Assembly (NCBI GenBank): GCA_963772725.1
Contig: CAVYYI010000001.1
Coordinates: forward strand, 960,001 to 1,024,000
Reading direction: 5' to 3'
Length of the DNA stretch: 64,000 nucleotides
Source: an uncultured Phycisphaerales bacterium
GTDB taxonomy: Bacteria; Planctomycetota; Phycisphaerae; Sedimentisphaerales; Anaerobacaceae
Under the pieces are notes generated by a model, which did not search any database, was not told the origin of the DNA, and saw nothing but the letters and a program-made list of their open reading frames with translations. The first letter of the stretch is position 1; every line of letters starts with the position of its first letter. This document shows positions 43,697-54,229 of this stretch, piece after piece. Position numbers and translations under genes: made by a program.

Positions 43697-43994
43697 TTAT
43701 AGACCCTTAACGCCGCTCTTAGCCTTTTTGAAAATACTCAGGACAATAAATATTAAACATTTGTCTTTTGACGGCAGTGATATACCGCCTTAAAACAAGA
43801 CTGCGGAACCGATAACACAGCACTTTACCACAGAAACCCGCACTTGCAAGTACTTATAATTGATTTTAAATAGAAATGACGATTTTCTTCTAAATTGACT
43901 CTTTCCCTGAATCCGGTTCACAGATAAAATATTTGAATATTGCAAAAAAGCGATTGTTCATAAAGGTATCTCTTGACATCGAAAGAACAAATTA

Positions 43995-45626
43995 TTACCA
44001 CCATCCCTGAATTTGCGTGATATAGCATTTTTCATAGGGAAAAACAGGTTTATCTGTTACCGGCGGCAAGAACGAACATTGCTTACCATGTAATTTAAGG
44101 AAGTATGCCACCCGCTGGTTCCAGTTCACTATATATGGCATCACATACCATTTGTATGGACTATTTGGTGCAGGCGGCAATGCTGAGGGCGGCGCATTCT
44201 TCTGTGGAAAATCCAACCTTCCTACTATCCAAACGCTGTGGCCTGATTGCAGCGTCCTTGCCACATCGGCCAAGACAGGCTGGATAGGGTCAGCAGACAT
44301 CATTTGGACCTTTAGCACATCATAAAGATCCGGAAATGCCGCGTCATATCGTCCGAGAGGCGGGAGTGTGGTAAAACGTGCCAGACCGTGGTAGTATTTA
44401 TGAAAACTCATCGCTATGTAATAGGGGGTGACAATAATCAGGTCGTTTTTTTGGGCAGAACTTTCAAGCACAGCAGCAACTTTGTCCATGTTGGTTAGTT
44501 TCTCGTGTGCGCTCTGCCATGCGGCACCGAATGCCGTTATGACAGCCAACATCGTTACAGCGATACGCACAATACTTAGCTTGTTTAAATTTCCCAATAC
44601 CCCGTCCAGCGACAAAGCAGCTATTGCTATCAGGGGCAGATAATACCAGGGCGAGATATTCACTGTCAGGTATTTGAGGAAAAGCACGAGCATTATTGTG
44701 CAGACAACGCCCACAGTCCCGCAGAACAATATCCTGTCTGCCTGCGGATTCTGATGTTTCTTCTTTAGTTGCGGTCCCTGAGAATATAAAAGAACCCCGA
44801 TGGCCAGCAGAAAGCTTCCACCCCATATCCACACAGCAAGCGGCGCTTTGTCGCCAATAGCCAAGGTAAATTTTTGAAAAACGTACGAAAAATCGCTCAA
44901 CAACCGTTTTAGAATTATCATCCAATCCCTCGCACCTCTTACTATCGGCACGTATGGCGCCATGCTTGCCGCTGCAACCGCTCCTATCGCAATCAGTATG
45001 ATGACTCTTCTCCACAGGCGATTGCGAACGCTTACTACGACCCCGGCAAAAATAATGGCCGATAGAAAAACAACATTCTGATATATGCATTGAACGCTCA
45101 TAACCGCGGTTGCCGTCGCTGCAATGATATGATATAGTCGACCTTGCTCCACCACTTTCCACAATAGTCCTATCGTAAGCAGTATAAGCAATATTCCAAG
45201 CCCGTAAGGTCGAATCGAGTCTCCTATTTGAATTGATAATGGATTGAACACAAAAAGTGCCAATGACAGCAGCGGCACCCGATAACCCAACAGGCGACCA
45301 TTCAGCCACAGCACACCAAGTGTCGTGATGCCGACCAGAAAACCGAACAGCCTCAGCGAATGAAGGTTATCTGTGGCCACCCATGTCCATAACCGCAGAG
45401 TAATAGAAAGCATTTCCGGCATTGAGTCGTGCTTGATATGATGCCAGATATCGGCGACGCTTACTATCTCATCCCGCCAGAGCGCACCGGCATTTCGCAT
45501 AAATATCAGATGGAGCAAAACAGCTATTAAAGTGAGAATTATTCCGCTGAACAATTCAACTCGTTTAATCAGAGTCTCAGGAAATAAAGATGCTTGAGTG
45601 AGACAGCTTAATTTTATTGTTCTCAT
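43995..45626 (-). CDS. GT-C fold (PMT/GT39-like) membrane glycosyltransferase
   Basis: LWRDE after the first TM, RPY motif, many TM helices. Confidence 0.6.
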   Translation of the reverse strand: MRTIKLSCLTQASLFPETLIKRVELFSGIILTLIAVLLHLIFMRNAGALWRDEIVSVADIWHHIKHDSMPEMLSITLRLWTWVATDNLHSLRLFGFLVGITTLGVLWLNGRLLGYRVPLLSLALFVFNPLSIQIGDSIRPYGLGILLILLTIGLLWKVVEQGRLYHIIAATATAVMSVQCIYQNVVFLSAIIFAGVVVSVRNRLWRRVIILIAIGAVAAASMAPYVPIVRGARDWMIILKRLLSDFSYVFQKFTLAIGDKAPLAVWIWGGSFLLAIGVLLYSQGPQLKKKHQNPQADRILFCGTVGVVCTIMLVLFLKYLTVNISPWYYLPLIAIAALSLDGVLGNLNKLSIVRIAVTMLAVITAFGAAWQSAHEKLTNMDKVAAVLESSAQKNDLIIVTPYYIAMSFHKYYHGLARFTTLPPLGRYDAAFPDLYDVLKVQMMSADPIQPVLADVARTLQSGHSVWIVGRLDFPQKNAPPSALPPAPNSPYKWYVMPYIVNWNQRVAYFLKLHGKQCSFLPPVTDKPVFPYEKCYITQIQGWW

Positions 45627-45643
45627 GCCGCGCTCTTTTAATT

Positions 45644-46444
45644 CTAATGAATTTCAATCGCTTTTTCCAATTCAGCGATAAAGGACGCGATTTTACTTAG
45701 CATAAGTTTTTTATCGCCGAGATTTTCCTCAATGAGGTTTACGATTCGTGAGCCGATTATCACACCGTCTGCCCCTGTTTTGGCAACCATTGCGGCGTGT
45801 TCAGGCGTACTTATGCCGAAACCGACGCATACTGGAACATCTGTGATTTTCTTCAATTTTTTCACAAGACCTTCAACCGCATCGGAAAGCGTATTTCTGC
45901 TGCCTGTAACACCAAGAAGCGATACGGTATAAATAAAGCCGCTTGTTTTCGATGCTATCAGTTTCATTCTTTCTTCCGCGGTATTCGGCGTTACCATAAA
46001 AACCGTATCGAGACCGGCAGACCTCGCCGGCACAAGAATTTCGTCCGCATCGTCAATACTCATATCGGCGACCAGAACACTGTTGACCCCGGCTTTATGA
46101 AAATCGCGGAAAAATTTTTCCGTGCCGTATTGATAAATAAGGTTGTAGTACATTAATAAGCCGATTGGAATATCCTTATATTCCTTGACTCTTGCGATAA
46201 ACTCCAGCGCCTTTTTTACATTCATTCCGTTATTCAGCGAACGAATATCAGCCTTCTGGATTGTCGGCCCATCGGCTATCGGGTCAGAAAAAGGTATGCC
46301 CAGTTCGAGAATATCCGCACCGGCATCTATGGCTGTTTTTACTATTGAAAGACTCGTGTCCAAATCAGGGTCGCCTATTACAAAAAACGGTATTAACGCG
46401 GCCCTATTGAGTTCAGAAAAAACCTGCTTATATGTTTTCATCAA
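45644..46444 (-). CDS. trpA: Tryptophan synthase alpha
   Basis: ELGIPFSDPIADGPTIQ, VGFGIS. Confidence 0.96.
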   Translation of the reverse strand: MMKTYKQVFSELNRAALIPFFVIGDPDLDTSLSIVKTAIDAGADILELGIPFSDPIADGPTIQKADIRSLNNGMNVKKALEFIARVKEYKDIPIGLLMYYNLIYQYGTEKFFRDFHKAGVNSVLVADMSIDDADEILVPARSAGLDTVFMVTPNTAEERMKLIASKTSGFIYTVSLLGVTGSRNTLSDAVEGLVKKLKKITDVPVCVGFGISTPEHAAMVAKTGADGVIIGSRIVNLIEENLGDKKLMLSKIASFIAELEKAIEIH

Positions 46445-46452
46445 TCAAATCC

Positions 46453-47628
46453 TTATTTCAATGGTCTGTGCTTTTCTACAATCGAGACATCCTTATCGCC
46501 TCGGCCTGAAAGATTGGCCACAACAACCGTTTCCGGCGGCAATTTGCCTTTTTGTTTTACGAGATACGCAAGAGCGTGCGAACTTTCCAGTGCAGGCACA
46601 ATACCTTCACACCTGCAAAGCAACTCAAAGACATCCAGAACCTCTTTATCTTCGACAGCGACATATTCCGCCCTGCCGGTATCTTTCAGAAAACAATGTT
46701 CAGGGCCAACACCAGGATAATCGAGCCCGGCGCTGACTGATTCGGTTTCAGCAATTTGCCCCTCTTTATCCTGCAGTAAATATGACTTGGCTCCATGCAG
46801 AACACCAACCCTTCCCGCTACCAATGTCGCGGCGTGTTTACCCTGGGCTAAACTTCGTCCTCCGGCCTCGACTCCGATAAGCCTGACATTTTTATCATCT
46901 ACAAAACCGGAGAAAATGCCTATCGCGTTGCTGCCGCCGCCGACGCAGGCGGTTACAATATCCGGCAGTCTTCCGATCTGCTCAAGACACTGCTGGCGCG
47001 CTTCTTTGCCAATGCAGCATTGAAAATGTTTTACTATCGTCGGATAAGGGTGCGGCCCGCCGGCCGTGCCGAAAAGATAAAACGTGTCATTGACGTGAGC
47101 AGTCCAGTATCGAAGCGCATCGTTAATCGCGTCTTTGAGCGTTCCCGTGCCGCCTTCAACGCCGATTACCTCAGCGCCGCAAAGCTTCATCTTGTGAACA
47201 TTGACGCTTTGCCGCTCAACGTCGGTGATGCCCATAAAGATTTTTGTTTCCATTCCGAACAGTGCGCCAATCATCGCGGTAGCAAGACCGTGCTGGCCTG
47301 CGCCGGTTTCGGCGATGAGCCTTGTTTTGCCCATATATTTTGCGAGCAGACCCTGGCCGAGCGTATTATTGACCTTGTGCGCCCCGCCGTGTAAAAGGTC
47401 TTCACGCTTGAGATACACCTTAAAGCCCACATATTCGCTGAACCTTTTAGCGTAATAAAGAGGCGTGGGTCTGCCGGCGTAATCCTTCAAAAGCTGTCCG
47501 AGTTCCGCCGCAAACTTTTTGTCCTGATAAAAGCGATAGAACGCCCCTTCAAGTTCCTCCAGCGCCGGTATCAAAACTTCCGGCACGTAAAAGCCGCCAT
47601 AATCCCCAAATCTGCCTTTATATTTCAT
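46453..47628 (-). CDS. trpB: Tryptophan synthase beta
   Basis: [36 protein letters not shown]. Confidence 0.97.
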   Translation of the reverse strand: MKYKGRFGDYGGFYVPEVLIPALEELEGAFYRFYQDKKFAAELGQLLKDYAGRPTPLYYAKRFSEYVGFKVYLKREDLLHGGAHKVNNTLGQGLLAKYMGKTRLIAETGAGQHGLATAMIGALFGMETKIFMGITDVERQSVNVHKMKLCGAEVIGVEGGTGTLKDAINDALRYWTAHVNDTFYLFGTAGGPHPYPTIVKHFQCCIGKEARQQCLEQIGRLPDIVTACVGGGSNAIGIFSGFVDDKNVRLIGVEAGGRSLAQGKHAATLVAGRVGVLHGAKSYLLQDKEGQIAETESVSAGLDYPGVGPEHCFLKDTGRAEYVAVEDKEVLDVFELLCRCEGIVPALESSHALAYLVKQKGKLPPETVVVANLSGRGDKDVSIVEKHRPLK

Positions 47629-47638
47629 AATAACATCC

Positions 47639-48260
47639 TTACGCTCTGAATCGCTTTATATTGTCAAACAGTTTTTTCATTTTTTATGGTCTTTTTTGCC
47701 GGGCGAAGATTCTATCCCGCTGCATACGTCAATACCATAAACACCCAGCTCTGCCGCGGCACAACATTGTCAGGATTTATTCCGCCGGCTAGAAACACAC
47801 GTTTACTTATATTCCCGATGATATTCCAGTCGAATGAGATGCCAGTCCCGCCGTACTTTTCAGGATTAAAAGCATCGAGTAAAATGGCATCGGTAAAGAA
47901 TTTCTCCGCTGCCTGGACATCTTTGGAGTCTTTGACGCGTATCGCTTTCATCGTTTTGACATTCATCGAAAGAAACTGATGGCAGAATTCAGGCGTTTCA
48001 TCGCCGTGAAACTGCACCCAGTTTAACTGACACTGGCTTATTATGTCTTTTACCTGATTTGGCGGGGCGTTGACAAAAACACCGGCAACATCGACAAACC
48101 CGGGCAGTTTGTTTATAATTTCAGCTGCCTGCTCAGGTTTAATATATCGCGGACTTTTGGGATAAAAATTAAAACCGAGCAAATCCGCACCCATATCCAC
48201 CGCCGCAATAGCGTCTTCATAATTGGTAATACCGCAGATTTTAACTTTTATTATCAGCAT
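47639..48260 (-). CDS. trpF: Phosphoribosylanthranilate isomerase, frameshift near 47760
   Basis: [34 protein letters not shown] in the shifted frame. Confidence 0.92.
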
Positions 48261-48278
48261 TGCCTTAGTTTATTCCTT

Positions 48279-49296
48279 TCAGGAGTTCGAAATTTGTACC
48301 GCTTTTTTCAGACACGCCATCGCCCTGCCGCTATTCAATGAATCCTGTGCAATCTCAATTGCCGATTCGAAATCGTCCGCCAGTCCGCCGACAATTATCG
48401 CGGCAGCGGCATTCAATACGACAATATCTCTCCGAGGGCCTTTTTCCTCGCCGCAAACTATCGCCTTTACAATTGCCGCGTTGGTCTTCGCATCGCCGCC
48501 CTTTAGACTTTCAAACTCGGCCAGAGGTATCCCGTAATCAGTCGGATTAAGTTCTCCGGCGGTAATACGTCCATCTTTTAAGTTCGAGTATTTTTGTCGG
48601 CGACATTGTACTTATTTCATCAAGTCCGCAACTGTGAACTACCATCGCCCGGCAGCTGCCCAGAACCTTGAGCGTCTCAGCAATTCTTCCAACCAGTGAT
48701 TCTTCATATACTCCCATCACCTGGCAGGTCGCTCCGGCAGGATTGGCCAGCGGCCCAAGAATATTAAAGGCTGTCCTGAAATCCAGGTTTTGCCGTATCG
48801 GCTGAACGTGTTTCATCGCGGGATGAAACATCGGCGCAAACATAAATCCGATATGCGCTTCACGAATGCACTTTGCTATCTTTTCCGGCCAGGGGTCGAT
48901 ATTAACTCCGAGTTCCGCAAGGACATCCGCCGAACCGCACTTGCTCGTAATGCCGCGATTGCCGTGTTTGGCGACATATACACCCGCCCCCGCCGCTGAC
49001 AGTGCCGCGGCTGTGGAGATATTGAAAGTTTTAACTCTTGCGCCGCCCGTGCCGCAGGTATCGACAAGATTCTCAACACCGGCATCGACTCTCAAAGCAT
49101 GTTCGCGAAGAGATGTCGCAAGACCGGCAAGCTCGCTCACAGAAGCTCTCTTAACCCGCATCGCGGCAAGAAACGCCGCAATCTGAACCTCAGACACTTG
49201 CCCCTCGAAAATAGTATCCAGCAGGGCTTTGGCCTGCTCAAAACTCAGGTCGCTGCCTTCAAGAATTATATCAAGATATTCAGTTATCTTAGTCAC
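48279..49296 (-). CDS. trpD: Anthranilate phosphoribosyltransferase, frameshift near 48575
   Basis: DTCGTGG, NISTAA, KHGNR, GLDEIS; VLNAAAA downstream in another frame. Confidence 0.92.
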
Positions 49297-49888
49297 GTTT
49301 GGTTCCTGCGATAGACAATATATTTTCGATTATCTTTCCGCCAGCGGGTGTCAGGATACTTTCCGGATGAAACTGAACGCCGAAAATCGGAAGCTTTTTA
49401 TGCTGAACGCCCATAACAACACCTTCAAAATCCGCGGTCTTTTCAAGACAATCCGGCAGCGTTAAGGCACACAGACTATGATAACGTCCAGCCTGAAGCG
49501 GATTTTCAACGCCGGCGAAAATCCCTTTCTCATTATGGTTAACCCGCGAGGGTTTGCCATGCATCGGTTCAGGCGCATGCCCAATTTTTCCGCCAAAATA
49601 CTGCACAATTGATTGATGCCCCAGGCACACACCGAAAATCGGCAGCTTATCCTTGAAATAATCAATAGCCAAAAGCGTTACCCCTGCTGTATCAGGTGTG
49701 CCCGGCCCTGGTGAAATAATCAGAAGATCAGGCTTGAATTCCTCCGCAATTACCTTAAGTTCCGCAAGAGCCGTATCGGCGCGGTAAACCCTGGCGATAC
49801 AATTTCGTTTGCAGAAATCATCAACAAGGTTATACGTGAACGAGTCGAAATTATCTATAAATAAAACTTTTTTTCCTGTATATGACAT
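49289..49888 (-). CDS. trpG: Anthranilate synthase component II
   Basis: IDNFDSFTYN, GVCLGHQ, QFHPES. Confidence 0.95.
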   Translation of the reverse strand: MSYTGKKVLFIDNFDSFTYNLVDDFCKRNCIARVYRADTALAELKVIAEEFKPDLLIISPGPGTPDTAGVTLLAIDYFKDKLPIFGVCLGHQSIVQYFGGKIGHAPEPMHGKPSRVNHNEKGIFAGVENPLQAGRYHSLCALTLPDCLEKTADFEGVVMGVQHKKLPIFGVQFHPESILTPAGGKIIENILSIAGTKRD

Positions 49889-49902
49889 AAGATTTTACCT
49901 CG

Positions 49903-51498
49903 TTATTTTCCACGAATAGCCCGCAGGCAGCTTCTGGCCTTATGCTCTGTTTCTTCAAATTCGGTTTTTGGAACGCTGTCATGCACGATACCGCCGCCTG
50001 CGCGAATGTACGCGGTATGGTCTTTTATTTGCAGACTTCTTATCGTGATGCAGCTGTCGAACTGGCCGTCAACGGTAAGATACATCACTGCCCCGCCGTA
50101 ATAGCCGCGTTTTGTTTTTTCGAGCCTGCGTATAATTTTCATCGCCTCAATCTTGGGCGCGCCTGTAAGAGTACCCATATTCATCGTCGCAAGATATGCG
50201 TTCAGAGCGTCAAAATCCGAACGCAGCGTACCTTTTACATTGCTTACCAAGTGCTGTACCGATTCATATTTTTCAGCGGTCAGCAATTCCGTAACAATTC
50301 TGCTGCCCGGCTCAGCAACACGGGCGATATCATTTCTCGCAAAGTCAACGAGCATCATATGCTCGGCCAGTTCTTTGCGGTCGAGTTTCAATTCCGCTTC
50401 ATACCTGAAATCGGTATCAGGGTCGATTTTATCGCCAATCCTTCCCCTTGGTTTTGTTCCCGCTATCGGCCTAATTTCAACGTTGCGAGGTTTATTGCCG
50501 CTGACCCGCAGATTCAATTCCGGACTCGAACCCATCAATATCGTATTTGGCGTGTTAAGATAAAACATATAGGGCGAAGGATTCAATGTGCGCAGCCTTT
50601 TATAAACATCAAGCGGCTCATCGGGACAAGGCTCGGTTATTGTCCTGCTCAAAACAACCTGAAAAATATCCCCATCCCTGATATGCCGCTTTGCGGTCTT
50701 AACCATTTTTTCATATTCCGGCTGCGTCGTATCTGTCGAGCCGCCAGGAAGTGTGCCTGTATATTTCCTACCAGTCGGAGTATCGAACCGGGCGATATTG
50801 GAATAGTAATCGAAATACTCCTGCGCCTCTGCCATAACAGCATCCCTGTCGCCATCGGTTATCATCACGTTAACAACTATATAACCCTTGTTATGCTGAT
50901 GGTCCATTAAAAAGATATTGTCGGCGAAATAAAGCTCATAATCGGGATTGCCCAGCAAATCGCTGTTGCTCGGCGGCAGTTTCTCGAACTGGTCGATAAA
51001 ATCATAACTCAACGCCCCGAGCAGCCCGCAGGTTATGCGGAAAGGTTTACTCGCCAGACTGAATGCCGTCGAAACTGCCCGCAGCACATCCATCTGGTTG
51101 GTCGTCGTAAGACGCGTCTGTTCATCTACGGTCGCCTCAATCCTCTTAATCTTTCCGACAATCTGCTCAGTTTGAAACTGTACCGATTCGCAAAACTTAA
51201 ATCTCGCCTTATCCGCGGAAAGATATTTAATCATCCGCCTGCCCGGCTTACTCAATGCCTTGATTGTAAAATCCGCCCCTGTCCCTGTTAGATAAAGAGC
51301 GGGCTTTGCTGTTCCGAAGCTCAGCGCCCCGCTATCCGCCAGATATTCCTTTGATTCGAGCAGGCAGCAGTTCCTGGCACGCCCGTAATCGCTTATCTTG
51401 GCGAAAAAATCCATCGGGTCGTCCATATCGATTTGTTTAACGATAGGGACTATCTGTCCGGGGCTGGCATTGTGTATTATCTGCTTATAATCTTCCAT
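49903..51498 (-). CDS. trpE: Anthranilate synthase component I (start taken at MEDYKQ)
   Basis: GDIFQVV, NPSPYM, PIAGT, EHMMLVD, GAPK. Confidence 0.94.
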   Translation of the reverse strand: MEDYKQIIHNASPGQIVPIVKQIDMDDPMDFFAKISDYGRARNCCLLESKEYLADSGALSFGTAKPALYLTGTGADFTIKALSKPGRRMIKYLSADKARFKFCESVQFQTEQIVGKIKRIEATVDEQTRLTTTNQMDVLRAVSTAFSLASKPFRITCGLLGALSYDFIDQFEKLPPSNSDLLGNPDYELYFADNIFLMDHQHNKGYIVVNVMITDGDRDAVMAEAQEYFDYYSNIARFDTPTGRKYTGTLPGGSTDTTQPEYEKMVKTAKRHIRDGDIFQVVLSRTITEPCPDEPLDVYKRLRTLNPSPYMFYLNTPNTILMGSSPELNLRVSGNKPRNVEIRPIAGTKPRGRIGDKIDPDTDFRYEAELKLDRKELAEHMMLVDFARNDIARVAEPGSRIVTELLTAEKYESVQHLVSNVKGTLRSDFDALNAYLATMNMGTLTGAPKIEAMKIIRRLEKTKRGYYGGAVMYLTVDGQFDSCITIRSLQIKDHTAYIRAGGGIVHDSVPKTEFEETEHKARSCLRAIRGK

Positions 51499-51549
51499 TT
51501 TTAAGCCTTTCGTCGCTATTTTTATACGCAATCGGTAAAAAATACAAAC

Positions 51550-51585
51550 AAAAAAACGCGACCTGTTTTTCCAACAGGCCGCGTT
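51550..51585 (-). terminator. trp attenuator terminator
   Basis: AACGCGGCCTGTT-loop-AACAGGTCGCGTT followed by a T-run. Confidence 0.85.
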
Positions 51586-51616
51586 ATAATAAATCCACCA
51601 AATTTTTCTTAGCAAA

Positions 51617-51694
51617 TCACCGCTTGCCTGCCGGAATTATTTCCTCAGGCCGCCACCAGCAATTACCACTGCTCTTACGATTAATCTGCTTCAT
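51617..51694 (-). CDS. trpL: trp leader peptide MKQINRKSSGNCWWRPEEIIPAGKR
   Basis: 25-aa ORF with tandem TGG TGG, upstream of the terminator and trpE. Confidence 0.8.
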   Translation of the reverse strand: MKQINRKSSGNCWWRPEEIIPAGKR

Positions 51695-51702
51695 AATACA
51701 TT

Positions 51703-51731
51703 ATTAAACCATACTCCCCGCTTTATGTCAA
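51703..51731 (-). promoter_or_regulatory. sigma70 promoter TTGACA-17-TTTAAT with extended -10 TG
   Basis: Near-consensus elements just upstream of the leader ATG. Confidence 0.65.
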
Positions 51732-51750
51732 GAAAAATAAACAAAAGAAA

Positions 51751-53286
51751 GTAATGGGTCAGTTATGGGTGGGAGATATTGATTTTGCTGTAAGTATTAA
51801 GGTGCTCAAGTTTATGGCGTAGGATTTCCGATAAAATCCACAGTTTGATGAGATAAGACAAACAAATCGGGAATAAACGCAGATGATTTACTGTCAGCAA
51901 TGCCTTGAAAAACAACGTAAAATCGATGAGCTTCAGGAACAGATAGTTTCACTCAAGGCAAAATTACGACACAAGGAAAGGACAGCCCAAGAAGGTTTTT
52001 TCGGCTCATCCACGCCATCCGCTAAAATTCCCATTAAGCCGAATTGTCAGATAGAACACACAAATAATTGCGGCGGAGGCAAAACAGGTCATAAAGGTCA
52101 CGGCAGAACCGGTGTCTGTGAAAAAGATGCGGACTATGTGCAAAGGGTTGAGGCAGCCGATATATGCCCTGATTGCGGAAGCGTTTTGGAGAACAAAGGC
52201 ACAAGACAACGAGCGGTAATTGATTGCCAGCCTGTTAAGATAAAAAAGCTTCTGTATAATTTGGAACGCAAGTATTGTCCGCGATGCCAAAAGGTAGTTG
52301 CCGCCAAACCTCCTGGTGTTCTGCCAAAGTGTTTATATTCGAATAATCTGCTTGTCTATGTGGCAGTACAGCACTATATCTATGGCAATACACTGGGTCA
52401 GATAGAAAAACAAACAGGCATCGGCTACAGCAGTATAGTTGACGCTTTGCACCAGTTGGCAGGGATATTGAAAGATGTTCCCAAATCACTCATAGAAGAC
52501 TATCGCAAGGCCGCTGTTAAGCACGCTGATGAGACTGGTTGGCGGACAGACGGCCAGAACGGTTTCTCGTGGCTGTTTTGCACGCCTGATATTAGTATCT
52601 TTCGATTCCGCTCCAGCCGTTCTGCCCGTGTAGCCAAAGAGGTTTTTGGCGAAAAGCCCTTGCCGGGTGTTCTGGTTGTGGATCGCTATAACGGCTACAA
52701 TAGGATGCCTTGTAAGATTCAATATTGTTATGCACATCTATTGCGTAATGTTAAGGATTTGGAAAAAGATTTTCCCGAAAACGTGGAAATCAGGTCTTTC
52801 GTTGAAGCGTTGGTCTCCCAGTTGGCTAATGCAATCAGCCTTCGCACATTAGATATAACAGACCGACAGTTTAAGCGGCAGGCAGCTAAAATTAAGAGAG
52901 CCATCATCGATATTGTTAATCACCATGCCAACCATCCGGCCATCCAGAATATGCAGGATATTTTTCGTGAAAAGGCCGATAGGCTTTACCACTGGGCCGA
53001 TGACCGTAAGGTACCGGCAGATAACAATTTGGCTGAACGAGAACTGCGTCCGCTTGTTATTGCCAGAAAGATAAGTTTCGGCTCTCAATCTGAAGATGGG
53101 GCAAAAACGCGTGAGATTCTTATGACGGTATTACATACTATGCGAAAAAGATGTCCGGATGTTGTTGATGCCTTCAAGTCTGCCCTCGACAAACTTGCCG
53201 AACAGCCTGATATAGACCTTTCCAAAGTTCTCTTCCGTGCCGACTCATCATAACCTGCACCTGCCCACCCATAACTGACCCATTAC
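51751..53286 (+). mobile_element. Complete IS66-family element (single-ORF type), 1536 bp
   Basis: Perfect 23-bp terminal IRs GTAATGGGTCAGTTATGGGTGGG; 8-bp target duplication AAAAGAAA at 51743-51750 and 53287-53294. Confidence 0.95.
51883..53253 (+). CDS. IS66 transposase
   Basis: CPDCG zinc finger, HADETGW, DRY, CYAHLLR, NNLAERELR. Confidence 0.95.
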   Translation: MIYCQQCLEKQRKIDELQEQIVSLKAKLRHKERTAQEGFFGSSTPSAKIPIKPNCQIEHTNNCGGGKTGHKGHGRTGVCEKDADYVQRVEAADICPDCGSVLENKGTRQRAVIDCQPVKIKKLLYNLERKYCPRCQKVVAAKPPGVLPKCLYSNNLLVYVAVQHYIYGNTLGQIEKQTGIGYSSIVDALHQLAGILKDVPKSLIEDYRKAAVKHADETGWRTDGQNGFSWLFCTPDISIFRFRSSRSARVAKEVFGEKPLPGVLVVDRYNGYNRMPCKIQYCYAHLLRNVKDLEKDFPENVEIRSFVEALVSQLANAISLRTLDITDRQFKRQAAKIKRAIIDIVNHHANHPAIQNMQDIFREKADRLYHWADDRKVPADNNLAERELRPLVIARKISFGSQSEDGAKTREILMTVLHTMRKRCPDVVDAFKSALDKLAEQPDIDLSKVLFRADSS

Positions 53287-53334
53287 AAAAGAAACCGCTG
53301 ATTTTCTATTTTCCCGCAAAGAGGCAAAGATTTT

Positions 53335-53600
53335 TTGACTGGATTACAATATACGGAAGTCAGACGCAGGACTCAAGACGCACGACTATTTTTAAACGCT
53401 GATTACGCTGATGACACTGATTTTAAAGAATCCAAAATCAAAAATCTAAAATTGTTATACGCTCTACGCTATATTTTGATACAGAGGGACACAGATGAAT
53501 TCAGACGCAAGACTCACGACACAAGACGAATATCCGCCACAGATTAACACAGATAAACACCGATTATCGACAGGATTACAGGATTGATGCTGAGATTTTG
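53335..53600. repeat. Mosaic of 7-bp and 9-bp short tandem repeats
   Basis: gacgcag-gactcaa-gacgcac; cgctgatta-cgctgatga; cacagatta-acacagata. Confidence 0.7.
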
Positions 53601-53843
53601 CCTGCTTTAGTGTACTAAGTAAAGCCCTTTTCTCAAAACAGGTTTTGAGCAGGGCATTTTTTATCGTCCACAGCTTCATTAAAAACGAAAGACAATTTCA
53701 CCGCTGATTTCGCTGATTACATTGATTATTTAAGGGAAAATGGGGAAAATAATAAAAAGGGTTGATTTGGGAGGGAGGAGGGGTTATCATTCAGTTAAAT
53801 TTGTTTACAAGGATGCCTAAATTAAAAGAAAGGATGCTTTTTT

Positions 53844-54227
53844 GTGAGAAAGCCGTGGTCTATATCAACCACTGTTAGAAATCCTGAGCGATTACGAGAT
53901 TTTTTGCAAGTCTTAAAAAAGCTGGAAGGACAGGAATTTACGCCTGAAAATCAAGTTAAATACCAAGTTCTTTTAATACAGGCAAAAGTTTATAGACCGA
54001 ACAAACTTCCGCAATTCTATGAAAATCTCTTCGATAATCCAGATCCTGATAATATCACTTCTGAACAGGCACAGGAAATTTTCAATCTAAAGAATTACCA
54101 AGATCCGCCTATGAGAGGAAGACAGTCGGTAAATCCGCTGAACAAATTGGGTTTTGCGATTGCCCGAGCCGGTTCAGGCCGGATTCAAATTACCGATTTA
54201 GGAAACAGGTTTTTGGCTGGCGATTAA
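53844..54227 (+). pseudogene. AlwI-family type IIS restriction endonuclease, N-terminal fragment
   Basis: RKPWSISTTVRNPER and RGRQSVNPLNKLGF; only 127 aa. Confidence 0.7.
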
Positions 54228-54229
54228 CG

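Noticed and set aside
43700..43990. M-box or other riboswitch upstream of mgtA
   Set aside because: A hairpin exists near 43765-43802, but I could not recognise M-box or yybP core motifs.
49942..50910. Long antisense ORFs (e.g. 49942..50910, 27139..28074, 33309..34214, 42594..43352, 44464..45309)
   Set aside because: They are shadows of well-supported genes on the opposite or same strand, with no recognisable motifs.
51499..51615. N-terminal extension of trpE in the ORF track (also csrA 60941..61033 and DUF2188 58533..58559)
   Set aside because: The extensions run through the attenuator or leader hairpins or RBS; downstream ATGs match the family N-termini.
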